Source: Promethearchaeum syntrophicum (GTDB taxonomy: Archaea; Asgardarchaeota; Lokiarchaeia; Sigyniarchaeales; Promethearchaeaceae). Taken from it: 32,000 bases of DNA. Below are positions 1 to 9,532 of this stretch, one piece after another. How positions within the stretch are numbered: the stretch's first letter is position 1; each line of letters opens with the position of its first letter. The notes beneath the pieces were generated by a model. The model was not told where the DNA came from, searched no databases, and worked only from the letters and a program-made list of their open reading frames with translations. The DNA lies in assembly GCF_008000775.2 (NCBI RefSeq), contig NZ_CP042905.2, positions 1,320,001-1,352,000 on the forward strand, in the 5' to 3' direction. The translations under genes were made by a program, and so were the position numbers.

Positions 1-2
1 AG

Positions 3-47
3 AGTACGAAAGGCGGATTAGTTGAAGTAAAACGTCAATTTGAATAA
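3..47 (+). CDS. Possible C-terminal end of an upstream CDS (...STKGGLVEVKRQFE*), truncated by the window edge
   Basis: Open frame from the window edge to TAA at 45-47, co-directional with the next gene. Too short to identify. Confidence 0.3.
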   Translation, partial: STKGGLVEVKRQFE

Positions 48-105
48 CAGAGACTCACATAAAAATATTTAAGTGTACACGATGTAATACCAATAGGGTT
101 AAATA

Positions 106-2223
106 ATGGCAAAAAAATCTCCCTCAGATTCTATTTCCATAGAATTACTAAATTATCCTCAATCTTTACTTCTAGGAAATCAAGATTATGAACTTTCATT
201 CTCAGTTAAGAATAATTCAGAATCTATTGAATCATATGCTTTTAATTTTACAAGCACCACGAGTGATATTTCGGTAGATAAATCATATATTAAAGGTGTT
301 TCATTTAACTCTGGAGAATCAAAAATAGTCCCTGTAAAAATTCGGCCCAAAATTGAAGGTTTAACTGAATTAAATGTTATTATCTATTACCAAAAAAAAA
401 TCGAATTTAAATCAATGGATTGGAAAATAAAGAAGAATGTTGAAAAATCCATTGTCAGTAAAATTATTGGAAAAACACAAGTTAATTTTGATGACCTTAA
501 GGGATATAAAAAGAAATTACCAAAATCTATATCACTTGGAGATATCCCATCATTATCAAAATCTAAAGCTAAGAAAGAATTAGATAAGATCAAATCAGTT
601 CCTTCAATCAAAGTTCACACAAGAGAAATTGAACGGAAAATAATAACCCAAGTCCCAAAAACTATTACCAAGCAAGTTCCTGAGAAAATTATTAAAAAAA
701 TACCCCGAGTTATTGAAGAAATTATCCCACAAGAACCATTAGTAAATGCGATTAACGGAAAGAAATTCGAAAGACCTCCTCTTAAAACAACTAAAACAGT
801 ATATGAATCTATTGAAGAGACGGTCATGAAAACGGTTACCGAAACAGTGTATGAAGAAAAGATTGAGACAAAAATAGATATTGTTGAAGATACAACTCTT
901 CCTTCCAAGAAGGGAGAAATAACATTGAAACAGAAAGATGAAACTTTATCACGTATTGCCAAAGGTGTTTTCAATCAAGATCCTCAATACGCATTTGCAA
1001 TTGTTAAAATGATTTCAGATCCGAATAAAAGATATACCAATATTTCTCAATTTGTTCCTCCCGGGATTCGACTTGATTCTAAAACTACTATTGAAGCTGT
1101 AATGGGATTAGATTTAGGACCACAAAAAGAAGCTCTGATTGAAATTATTGCCAACAGTCTCGCTGCAGAAAAACCTGATGAAGCGGCAATGATTGCTCTC
1201 AATATTGATAACATCGCAAAAAGAGATGAAATAATAACAAACATTATCTTTACTGCTGCTTATCTCAAACCCCAAATTGCATCAAATCTGATTTATCAAT
1301 TATCAAAAAAAGAGTTACAACATCAAATTTTATTTGAATTGGTTAAGGGTTGGGCACATAAAGATAAAAAAAGAGCAATTGAATCTCTGAAAAGTCTTAT
1401 TTCAAATATTCTTTCAGAATCGAATATTGAATTAATAAAAACTTGTATGATTTTTTTGGCTTATCTTACAGATCCCCAGTCGGTTTATGATTTAATTGAT
1501 GGATTTCGCTCGAAAGATGACAAATCTCTTTTAGTAGAACAATTGCAAGAATATTTAAAAGTTAAAGTTCAAACTAAGAAAATTAAATTAGAATCTCAAG
1601 AACTAAGTAAATTATATTTCACATTTACTGCGATATCAAAAAAAATTACCCCCGCGCTTAATTATCTAGTTGAACTAAAAGGAAATATTAGTTCGAATTT
1701 AATTGAGGGAAATATTTCATCCAATATAATTGTTATTTGCCCCTTTAAGTTTAATTTTCCTATATTTATGAATTTCCAAAGCTGCTACGTTGAATTATTA
1801 CAGGAAACTCAAAAAACTTTTGGTTTTCTTTTATTTCCCTCTAAAGAGAATTATAGTGAGGAAGAATTAAAGCACTTCCACAATATCTTAAATAATTTTA
1901 TTAAAAATCAAACTAACCAGCATCCTTCTCCATTTGTTATTATAAATCTTGATTTAATTCCGTATTTTTCAAAACCAACGATTTTCTTAGGCGACAATGG
2001 CGATCCACTTATAAAAGATATACATTCAAAGTTGAAGGGAAATTTTACTAACGAAATAAATTTAATGATTAATAATTCATTTTTTAGTCAAGGAAAATCC
2101 TTCATAGAACTCCAAAATATTTTAAAAGAACCAAATTTTCGAATATGCAATATTGTTTTAACTTATAACTTTCTAAATGATATTGGATTATTAAAAACAT
2201 TTTTTAAAGCGATATTATCATAA
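106..2223 (+). CDS. Hypothetical protein, 705 aa: predicted N-terminal Ig-like beta-sandwich, Val/Ile-Pro charged repeat region, then an alpha-helical region
   Basis: Long ORF with an ATG start. The N-terminus (YELSFSVKNNSES...SGESKIVPVKIRPKIEG) reads like a CARDB/NEW3-type beta-sandwich. Repeats such as QVPKTITKQVPEKIIKKIPRVIEEIIPQEP follow. Confidence 0.85.
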   Translation: MAKKSPSDSISIELLNYPQSLLLGNQDYELSFSVKNNSESIESYAFNFTSTTSDISVDKSYIKGVSFNSGESKIVPVKIRPKIEGLTELNVIIYYQKKIEFKSMDWKIKKNVEKSIVSKIIGKTQVNFDDLKGYKKKLPKSISLGDIPSLSKSKAKKELDKIKSVPSIKVHTREIERKIITQVPKTITKQVPEKIIKKIPRVIEEIIPQEPLVNAINGKKFERPPLKTTKTVYESIEETVMKTVTETVYEEKIETKIDIVEDTTLPSKKGEITLKQKDETLSRIAKGVFNQDPQYAFAIVKMISDPNKRYTNISQFVPPGIRLDSKTTIEAVMGLDLGPQKEALIEIIANSLAAEKPDEAAMIALNIDNIAKRDEIITNIIFTAAYLKPQIASNLIYQLSKKELQHQILFELVKGWAHKDKKRAIESLKSLISNILSESNIELIKTCMIFLAYLTDPQSVYDLIDGFRSKDDKSLLVEQLQEYLKVKVQTKKIKLESQELSKLYFTFTAISKKITPALNYLVELKGNISSNLIEGNISSNIIVICPFKFNFPIFMNFQSCYVELLQETQKTFGFLLFPSKENYSEEELKHFHNILNNFIKNQTNQHPSPFVIINLDLIPYFSKPTIFLGDNGDPLIKDIHSKLKGNFTNEINLMINNSFFSQGKSFIELQNILKEPNFRICNIVLTYNFLNDIGLLKTFFKAILS

Positions 2224-2246
2224 CAGTAAAAAAAAAGGCATGTATT

Positions 2247-3878
2247 ATGGCTAGAAAAAAGAAAAAAAAAGAAAACGCCCTACCGAATACATTCGGTGTA
2301 TTTTCAGGGTCTAAATCAAAAAAAGGACAATCTAAACCATCATTCTCATCATCTGAAACCAATGTTGACTCAAGGGATTGGGTAGAGATTTTGAACGATC
2401 TACCTAATTGGCGATATTTACCCTTTTCGCATGGTATGGAAATGGAATTAGTAATTGCTCATACAAAAGATGGGACATACGTAGAGGGTGAATCGGTTAC
2501 CCATCTCTTAGGTGAGATGGTACGTGATGCAACTAAAATTTTCACACAATTAATCAATTATGAACGCGATGATTTTCCATATATGCCCGAATATATTCGT
2601 AACAAAATTCGAAAAATGCCGTATAACCGAACCGATATAGAAAAAGGTTTTTTATGCTGTATAGATTACCAAATTGAAAATACTTATGCAAATCAGATTG
2701 TACCCGTAGATATGTTCGGTCGTGATGGGAATGTTACAATGGCAACATTTATTTTGGAACTAGTAACTCCGCCATGTCAATATGCTGAAGAATTGGCGTA
2801 TTGGGCAGGAACTCTATTTAACGTAGCTAAAGCAACACTTCCTCGTGGATATTCCATTATGTCTACCGCAATGAACCCTACAATGAAAGAATATATTCGC
2901 GGGCTCTCACATTCAGATCATCACCATTGCGGTTCATTTAGTTCTGACCAAGAAAAAGTTCAATGTTATTCTATGGTTCGAAATTTTATACCTCATATCA
3001 TTGCTCTAAGCGTAAACAGTCCAATTTTAAATAATGAACCCACAGATACAATAAAATCGAAAATAATTGATGGAAAACCTCGTTATACTGCACCGAAATG
3101 CATAAGATCTATTAGATTACTTAATAATACAACAATGTTATCTGATTCAAATGATCCAAAGAAATATTTGCCTTATTTATCAGGGGTCAATGGTATAGAG
3201 GCAGATCAACAGTTATTATTATCAACAACTGGTTTTGCTTCACTGTATGATGCGCGTTTTCAAGATGTTTTTCCGTTTACAAAATACGGAACAATTGAAT
3301 TAAGAATCTGCGATGCTCAAATATCAATATGCCGTAGAATTGGACTAGCTATGTTAATAGAAACGATGTATTATAAAGCACGAAAATTACTCTCCGAAGG
3401 AAAATATGTTCCTGATGTGAGTTCGGAATCAATTTGTCTTAACCGGAAAATGGCAATTGACCGTGGACTTATTGGCTTATATAACACTCAAAACTTGGAT
3501 AGAAGTTATATTGATCAATACGATCCTTCCGGCTTCTTTTCCGAATGCTATATAGGACCTGTAGACAGACCACATAGGTTCAATTTTCAAGCCGTCGAGC
3601 AAATGTTTCGCTATTTCAAAGAAGAACTTATTGAACTCGGATATATGAATAGTCCATTCTTCAAACCTCTGTTACAATCAGTTTTTGGTGAGATTACTTA
3701 TGCATCTCCTCCAATGACAGAAGCTGAATATCAACTTTCACTTTATGATTGGAAAATAAAACAAGGACAAGAACCGAATATTTTTGAAGATATCAAATAT
3801 TTTACTATAACTTATAGCCAAGACCCGATCCAGCAGCCCTTAACCGGGACCTTAACTCTACCGGATTTTATGTTATAA
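2247..3878 (+). CDS. GCS2-like (glutamate-cysteine ligase family 2 / carboxylate-amine ligase) protein with a Lys-rich N-terminal extension
   Basis: Motifs HGMEMELV, HHHCGSFSSD, HIIALSVNSPILNNEPT and GTIELRICDAQ match the GxExE, HxH, 'A.S.NSP' and 'T.E.R..D' signatures of the COOH-NH2 ligase (GCS2) superfamily. Confidence 0.72.
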   Translation: MARKKKKKENALPNTFGVFSGSKSKKGQSKPSFSSSETNVDSRDWVEILNDLPNWRYLPFSHGMEMELVIAHTKDGTYVEGESVTHLLGEMVRDATKIFTQLINYERDDFPYMPEYIRNKIRKMPYNRTDIEKGFLCCIDYQIENTYANQIVPVDMFGRDGNVTMATFILELVTPPCQYAEELAYWAGTLFNVAKATLPRGYSIMSTAMNPTMKEYIRGLSHSDHHHCGSFSSDQEKVQCYSMVRNFIPHIIALSVNSPILNNEPTDTIKSKIIDGKPRYTAPKCIRSIRLLNNTTMLSDSNDPKKYLPYLSGVNGIEADQQLLLSTTGFASLYDARFQDVFPFTKYGTIELRICDAQISICRRIGLAMLIETMYYKARKLLSEGKYVPDVSSESICLNRKMAIDRGLIGLYNTQNLDRSYIDQYDPSGFFSECYIGPVDRPHRFNFQAVEQMFRYFKEELIELGYMNSPFFKPLLQSVFGEITYASPPMTEAEYQLSLYDWKIKQGQEPNIFEDIKYFTITYSQDPIQQPLTGTLTLPDFML

Positions 3879-3914
3879 CAACTAATAATCGAAAAACATT
3901 AGGAAACTAATAAA

Positions 3915-5492
3915 ATGCTAAAAATTACAACTGTAGCCAATGGAAAAACAAAGGAAACAAATATCATCGTAATTGATAGTCATTCGCATATGGGTAAAGA
4001 TGTGGATGGTCATGAGATGATGAATCCAATGCAAGCAGGTCAAGGGACATTCGATTTTTGGGGTAGAATTGAGCATCTAATTTTAAAGGACTGGGAAGAT
4101 GGAAAAGCTTCTCCAACTTATAGTACGGTTATCGAAAGAGTACCAACAAAGGTTTCTCTTGAATTCGTTCAAATGCCAGTACTAAAAAATCTTTTCAAAG
4201 AATTAGAATCTCGAAATAAAAGTGGGAATTATACTGAGTATTGGGAGCGAATAAAATATCAAAATCTGATTGATCAAGGAGTGGTTTTTCCTTTCCAAGA
4301 TGTTTTTCGCGATAAAAAACCAGAGGCACTATTTCGTGCTAGCAATACAAATGTTTCACGCCAAATCTCGAAATTTCCTGTGAGCTTACGATTGAGTGGG
4401 TATATTAGAGTACACCCTGATGAAAGAAAAAAAGCCCTTGATGAAATCGACTATTGGGCTAATGGTGTTAATAATATTAGAGGACTGAAGTTACATCCGC
4501 GCTCTGAAGGATGGTTGGACAAAATTGCTTCTCAAAACTCAATCAATAATGTAATTAAAGCCGCATCATATAATTGGCCCGTTATTTTTGATACACGAGG
4601 TCGACAAACCATATTAGATATTGGAGAATTAATCTCAAAAACTCGTGAAATTATTAAAAAGCAATTTCCCCACTTATTAAAAAATTTGAAAGTTATTATT
4701 GCCCATGCTGCAGCGGGAAACATTGATGATTTTGAAGTATATAATACAATTGCGCAACCCAACACATATATGGATATGTCACTTTGCCAAGGAAGGACAG
4801 TAGAACGTTTTTTTAAAGGATTTCGTGAGTGGTGTGAACAAAATGGTGTTCAGCAGCGAACAGGAAGGAAGTGGTCAGAATTTTGTTTATATGGTTCCGA
4901 TTATACCTATTTCCAAGAAATGCATGCTAAGGCTTTTTTTGATAATATAATGTATTCATCTTTTTTTGAAAATGGAGGAAAAATGCAAGATATAATTAAT
5001 ATCCTTGGTTTAAACCAGTTAAAATTATTCCCCGAATATGGAACCCAAGTAAAATTTACAAATAATATTACTCCAGTTTCAACATTTATTCAAAATTCAA
5101 AAATTCTTCCTCCTAATCATCCAAAGATGCCAAAAGAGCCTTTATCTGTTAAGCAAATGATGTTTAAAACTATAGCAAATTTACTCGATAATGGGGTTAT
5201 GGATATTAAACAACATTTATTGCAATTTAATGGCGATTGGAGTAGATTCCGCAATGAATCTTGTTTTGTGACAAAATCGAAAATTAATCCTGAAAAAGTA
5301 GTTCCACTAATATTAATGGATTTACATGAAAATGCAGGATTAATGAGTGCTGGAAACTTTGAATGGAAACAGATGGGGTTTAAATATTTTGATCCTGAGA
5401 TAAGACAAATGTTCCATGGCATGTTCAAAAACTCATTTCCTGCAACAAATGCAGAAGACGCTGCAACAATGCTAACAAATGCCTATAAATAG
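3915..5492 (+). CDS. Amidohydrolase-superfamily (Amidohydro_2-like TIM barrel) protein
   Basis: DSHSHMG metal-binding motif, GLKLHP, VIIAHAAAG and LYGSDYTYF in the expected order. Confidence 0.75.
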   Translation: MLKITTVANGKTKETNIIVIDSHSHMGKDVDGHEMMNPMQAGQGTFDFWGRIEHLILKDWEDGKASPTYSTVIERVPTKVSLEFVQMPVLKNLFKELESRNKSGNYTEYWERIKYQNLIDQGVVFPFQDVFRDKKPEALFRASNTNVSRQISKFPVSLRLSGYIRVHPDERKKALDEIDYWANGVNNIRGLKLHPRSEGWLDKIASQNSINNVIKAASYNWPVIFDTRGRQTILDIGELISKTREIIKKQFPHLLKNLKVIIAHAAAGNIDDFEVYNTIAQPNTYMDMSLCQGRTVERFFKGFREWCEQNGVQQRTGRKWSEFCLYGSDYTYFQEMHAKAFFDNIMYSSFFENGGKMQDIINILGLNQLKLFPEYGTQVKFTNNITPVSTFIQNSKILPPNHPKMPKEPLSVKQMMFKTIANLLDNGVMDIKQHLLQFNGDWSRFRNESCFVTKSKINPEKVVPLILMDLHENAGLMSAGNFEWKQMGFKYFDPEIRQMFHGMFKNSFPATNAEDAATMLTNAYK

Positions 5493-5520
5493 ATAAATTA
5501 AAGAAAAAAGAAGTTTTTTT

Positions 5521-6222
5521 ATGATTTCCACTATTAGAAATTCACTCTTTGTTTCCATTTTGCAAGGAAAAAGTTCAAAGAAAAATCAAGGGGTTCTATT
5601 TTTTTCAACAATTTCTATTGCTGTTATTTTAATTATAATTTCGGCGATAAAATTCAATACTCCCAATTTTATGCTTAGAGAGAGTGTTAGTAGTCTTGGA
5701 ATTCAGTCGGAGAATCCAGAAGGATATTTTTTCTTCAGAATTGCATTCATTTGTTCAGGATTGCTTTTTATTCCTCATTTTATCTATATATATCGAATTT
5801 TACACCCTATTGCTTATCATACTTCAAGATCTGCTCTTGTTATTAGCATAATTTCATGCATAAGTATAATTGGTGTCGGAGTTTTTCCAGAAAATAATCC
5901 TATTCCTCATTATACTAACGCGATTATTGCTTTTATTGGATTTACGACGGTATTTTCTTGTTATCTTTATATTTTGATTAAAAAAATTATACAAAAAGAT
6001 ACTTGGCCAAAACCTTGGCAAATTTTGATTTTATATATTGTGTTTTATGGAGCTTTACTCGGATTTTTATTTGTATTTTTCTTGTTTGGGCTATATTTTT
6101 ACCAGAGAATTATATTTTTAAATTTTAGCTTACCACTTTGGGAATGGATATTGGTTATGGGTATATTCTATTGGATTATAGGTAGTTTTTTGATTATTCC
6201 CAACCAAGAAGAGAAGAATTAA
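5521..6222 (+). CDS. Multi-pass membrane protein, DUF998-like
   Basis: Several hydrophobic segments; VSSLGIQSENPEGYFFFRIAFICSGLLFIPHFIYIYRI; C-terminal PLWEWILVMGIFYWIIG shared with the neighbouring 6224-7009 protein. Confidence 0.6.
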   Translation: MISTIRNSLFVSILQGKSSKKNQGVLFFSTISIAVILIIISAIKFNTPNFMLRESVSSLGIQSENPEGYFFFRIAFICSGLLFIPHFIYIYRILHPIAYHTSRSALVISIISCISIIGVGVFPENNPIPHYTNAIIAFIGFTTVFSCYLYILIKKIIQKDTWPKPWQILILYIVFYGALLGFLFVFFLFGLYFYQRIIFLNFSLPLWEWILVMGIFYWIIGSFLIIPNQEEKN

Positions 6223-6223
6223 T

Positions 6224-7009
6224 TTAATCTTCAGTCTTTGGAATTTTTTGAGGTAATCTTAGTGCCAAACCATATACAGTAATAAAAAATGAAATAACTA
6301 ACAACCATTCCCATAATGGAAAACTTAAAATTCCTAACCCCGGCCATTCCCCTCCCGCTCTAACACGTAATATTTGAGTAATTAAAGTTCCAATTCCAAT
6401 TATGGTGAATGGTAGAAAAATCGGAAAAACTGATAAATAGGCATATATCCCCTTTCGATTTCTGTGAAAAATAGACCAGTAATCAATGAAAAATAGAAAT
6501 CCATAAACAGACAAACCTAAAATAAAACCAAATATTCCAAATAAAGCCACAATATTATGTATTTTACCAAGAGATACATCATTGAAGAAGTCTGTTCCAT
6601 AAACATCAGGTAAGAATGCTGTTAAGAAAATACCTAAAATGCCAATCGCTAAAAATATAGTTCCAATCCAAGCACCTGCTTGTGAAATTTTAATAATTCT
6701 CTTATGTAAATAAATTGTTAAAGGTATAAAGGAAATGGAAACAAAAATAAACGATAAGCTAAAAAACACCCATCCGAAGGGATTTTTTTCATAATCTCCC
6801 AAATAAGAGATTGTATCTGTCATTATAGAGTAATTTAACTCATTGGGATAAATAATCCAAGATATGCCCAATAATGAAATTGTGATCAAAAATGTAATTA
6901 AAATATATTTTTTTAATTGTATTGTTTGAAAATTTCCCAAAAATATGGAAAAAATCCGTCTATCCTCCATCGAGTTATTAAGAAGTAAATTTAATATATT
7001 TTTTTGCAT
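6224..7009 (-). CDS. Multi-pass membrane protein, DUF998-like, paralogous to the 5521-6222 protein
   Basis: TDTISYLGDYEKNPFGWVFFSLSFIF..., GKIHNIVALFGIFGFI and PLWEWLLVISFF; hydrophobic segments throughout. Confidence 0.6.
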   Translation of the reverse strand: MQKNILNLLLNNSMEDRRIFSIFLGNFQTIQLKKYILITFLITISLLGISWIIYPNELNYSIMTDTISYLGDYEKNPFGWVFFSLSFIFVSISFIPLTIYLHKRIIKISQAGAWIGTIFLAIGILGIFLTAFLPDVYGTDFFNDVSLGKIHNIVALFGIFGFILGLSVYGFLFFIDYWSIFHRNRKGIYAYLSVFPIFLPFTIIGIGTLITQILRVRAGGEWPGLGILSFPLWEWLLVISFFITVYGLALRLPQKIPKTED

Positions 7010-7029
7010 TTATCCACTAGATTTTTGAA

Positions 7030-8181
7030 ATGAAAGGAATTTTTATATTAAGTTTTAATAAAAAACCTGGAAGTTATGTTGATAGAGAATACCCAAAGGG
7101 AATTTCAGACCAGTTGATTGATTCAGTTGATCAGAATAAAATTTACTCGTTTAATAGAATGAGGGATTCAAATCCCAATTACATTTACATGAAGATAAAA
7201 GGTGCGCACGTAGGTTCATTTTTCTCAGGAATTGACAATAATTTCATTGGATACCCGAATCAATGCTTATGTATTATATTGGACGATGAAAATCCAACCC
7301 TTTTTGAAGAACCTTTAAAAGAAATCGCAGAAGAACTCCTCCCAATGCTAGCCTATATCCGAGAAGACGAGGACGGAATTAGTGAAGGTTTATCAAATGA
7401 TCCGAAATATCAAGATTTCGATGAAATATTAGGTCAAAAATTTAAATTATTAATAGAAAAATTTGGAAAATCTGGGACAGTTATTTTATCACACCCTCCT
7501 AAATTAGAATCAAATATTAAAATTGATTCATCTTCGCAAAAAAATGAAGAATCTTATTCAGAGGAAATAGCGAAAAGATTCAATGAGTTAGAGACACGTT
7601 ATGAAAAAAAAATTGACAGTTTAAAGACTGATCTTTTGGATTGGAAGAATAAAGTTAGAGCATTAGCAGAAGAAAAGGTCTCTTTAACTCATGACCTTGA
7701 AGAAAAAGAAGATGGTTTGAAGGTTCAGAAGGATAAATCGCTTATTTGGAGAAAACAATTGGAAACTGCCAACGAAATAAATCATAAACTTAAAGACTCT
7801 GTGAATAATCTGATTGAAAAAGTTAAGAGTTTAGAAAATGAAATAGAAAATTCTGCTGATTCTAAGAAAGTTTTTGATTTACGGATTAATATTGCGGAAA
7901 TAAATGCTGAATTAGAAGTTTCTAGAGATAAAAATAAAAAATATGAACGGGAAATTAATTCGCTAAATGATGAAATTGCAGATCTAAAAAATAAACTTGA
8001 AATTTCCCAAACATTAAGAATTAATTCCAATATTACTACAGATCCTGAATTAGATTCTAAGTTGCATGAGATTTTAGAAGAAATGCAATCGTTAAAATCT
8101 AATTTGGTTGAAGCAAAAAAAACTATTAAAGTTCAGCGCAGAGAGATTGTAAATCTCCATAAGTTGTTGGATTTAAGTTAA
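7030..8181 (+). CDS. Hypothetical protein with globular N-terminal domain and long C-terminal coiled coil
   Basis: Residues from about 150 onward are charged heptad-like sequence (KRFNELETRYEKKIDSLKTDLLDWKNK...). The N-terminus is a compact mixed alpha/beta-like domain. Confidence 0.8.
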   Translation: MKGIFILSFNKKPGSYVDREYPKGISDQLIDSVDQNKIYSFNRMRDSNPNYIYMKIKGAHVGSFFSGIDNNFIGYPNQCLCIILDDENPTLFEEPLKEIAEELLPMLAYIREDEDGISEGLSNDPKYQDFDEILGQKFKLLIEKFGKSGTVILSHPPKLESNIKIDSSSQKNEESYSEEIAKRFNELETRYEKKIDSLKTDLLDWKNKVRALAEEKVSLTHDLEEKEDGLKVQKDKSLIWRKQLETANEINHKLKDSVNNLIEKVKSLENEIENSADSKKVFDLRINIAEINAELEVSRDKNKKYEREINSLNDEIADLKNKLEISQTLRINSNITTDPELDSKLHEILEEMQSLKSNLVEAKKTIKVQRREIVNLHKLLDLS

Positions 8182-8212
8182 ATTTCTCATTAATCTCCTT
8201 ATTTTTTCCAAT

Positions 8213-9478
8213 CTATTCTGTAGTTGGATCATTTACTCTCCCCATAAACAAAATATTTCCTGTTTCTTGTTCTTGGATTAAGAAAATAAATGGATGATCA
8301 GCATTAAAGACAAGTTGTGATGGTTCGTTAATTCCATAGTCCATAATTACTACGGTTGCAGCAGTTGCTTCAGTCCCTTCTTCATCAACTTTTACATATG
8401 CTTGATGTATGACTTTATTAATATAAAGGTGTGCTGCAAGAGTCATTCCTGAGAAATCTGCAGTTCCACTAAATGCGGTGGGCATCCCTAAGGAACTAAG
8501 TGTTTCTTCCATATTATATTTAGTATCAAATTCAAATTTAGGTAAATAAATATCGCCTAATTCTGTTTCTTGCGTTTGGTTTTTATATTCATTGAGTTTT
8601 TCTACAGTTAATGAAGGTTCGATAACATTAAGATCAACCCTTGGTAATAATATCAGCATTGAAATTTTGTCTCCTTTATACGGTAATTCTAAGATTTGTA
8701 GATCATCTAAGCCAGCATATTTAAATTTTTTATCGTCAGGGCTCATATGCATCATTGGAGTTTCTACAATAATTTCTGGAGTTATTATAAAATTATTTTC
8801 AATTGTTTTAGATGTATCAAATTCCCAGTCCCATGATCCTTTAAAATAAATGGCATTTGTAAGAACTAATTTTGTCAATGGACCAAAAGCCCCCGGTGGA
8901 ATTAAACCTTTAATTCTACCATTTGTTTGATTTTCAATAAAATTATTAATAGCTTGGCTTGATATTTCTGGTTCATTTACAAAATCTAGATTTGCTACTT
9001 TACCCCCATAATAAGTCCCAACTCTACTTATGTAATCCTCTTGAAATGGAAAATCCTTTTGACACCATAACGCATTTCCTGTTCTTAATTCATAACTTTC
9101 ACACTCTCCATTAATATCATTATAAATAGCAGCAAAATTAGGTCTTAATACATCATTTTCAGGGAAATAAAAGACTGATTTCATTTCATCTGCCGTCTGT
9201 CCCTTAGCACCTTCATAGGTCATTGCCAACGTAGAAAAAATGCTATAAGGAGAGTAAAAAACATTTCCTTCTTCAGATTCAATAAATTTTGAATACAAAT
9301 CAAAAGCAAATTGATTATTTGCATTCACCACTTCTTGAATTCCTCGTGACGTTGACCCTGAATCATCTAATTGAGGTGGATTGGAAGGATCATAAGGAAA
9401 AATTAATAATATTGTTGTAGTTGTAATTGCACCAACTATGAGAAGTGCAATTGTGATTGGTAACACTTTTTTGTGCAT
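8213..9478 (-). CDS. Serpin-family protease inhibitor with N-terminal membrane anchor or signal (copy 1)
   Basis: NNQFAFDLYSK...NVFYSPYSIFSTLAMTYEGAKGQTADEM, KLVLTNAIYFKGSWDWEF, VIHQAYVKVDEEGTEATAATVV (hinge), FNADHPFIFLIQ...GNILFMGRVNDP. N-terminal hydrophobic segment MHKKVLPITIALLIVGAITTTTILLIF. Confidence 0.95.
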   Translation of the reverse strand: MHKKVLPITIALLIVGAITTTTILLIFPYDPSNPPQLDDSGSTSRGIQEVVNANNQFAFDLYSKFIESEEGNVFYSPYSIFSTLAMTYEGAKGQTADEMKSVFYFPENDVLRPNFAAIYNDINGECESYELRTGNALWCQKDFPFQEDYISRVGTYYGGKVANLDFVNEPEISSQAINNFIENQTNGRIKGLIPPGAFGPLTKLVLTNAIYFKGSWDWEFDTSKTIENNFIITPEIIVETPMMHMSPDDKKFKYAGLDDLQILELPYKGDKISMLILLPRVDLNVIEPSLTVEKLNEYKNQTQETELGDIYLPKFEFDTKYNMEETLSSLGMPTAFSGTADFSGMTLAAHLYINKVIHQAYVKVDEEGTEATAATVVIMDYGINEPSQLVFNADHPFIFLIQEQETGNILFMGRVNDPTTE

Positions 9479-9532
9479 ACTATAAGTTGATTATTTGATT
9501 AATATAAGCTATGAGGAATAAATTTTGAACTA

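Noticed and set aside
928-1080. LysM-like reading of 'ITLKQKDETLSRIAKGVFNQDP...ISQFVPPGIRL'
   Set aside because: It superficially resembles a LysM 'GDTLsxIA...PGxxL' pattern, but the following sequence continues as regular helical repeats and no secretion signal is present.
387-1244. Minus-strand ORFs of 65-119 aa inside the 705-aa gene
   Set aside because: They are fully antisense to a well-supported long CDS, and their Ser/Val/Ile-rich composition reflects reading the complement of Lys/Glu-rich codons.
4532-5428. Two small minus-strand ORFs within the amidohydrolase gene
   Set aside because: Antisense shadow ORFs with no recognisable domains or start context.
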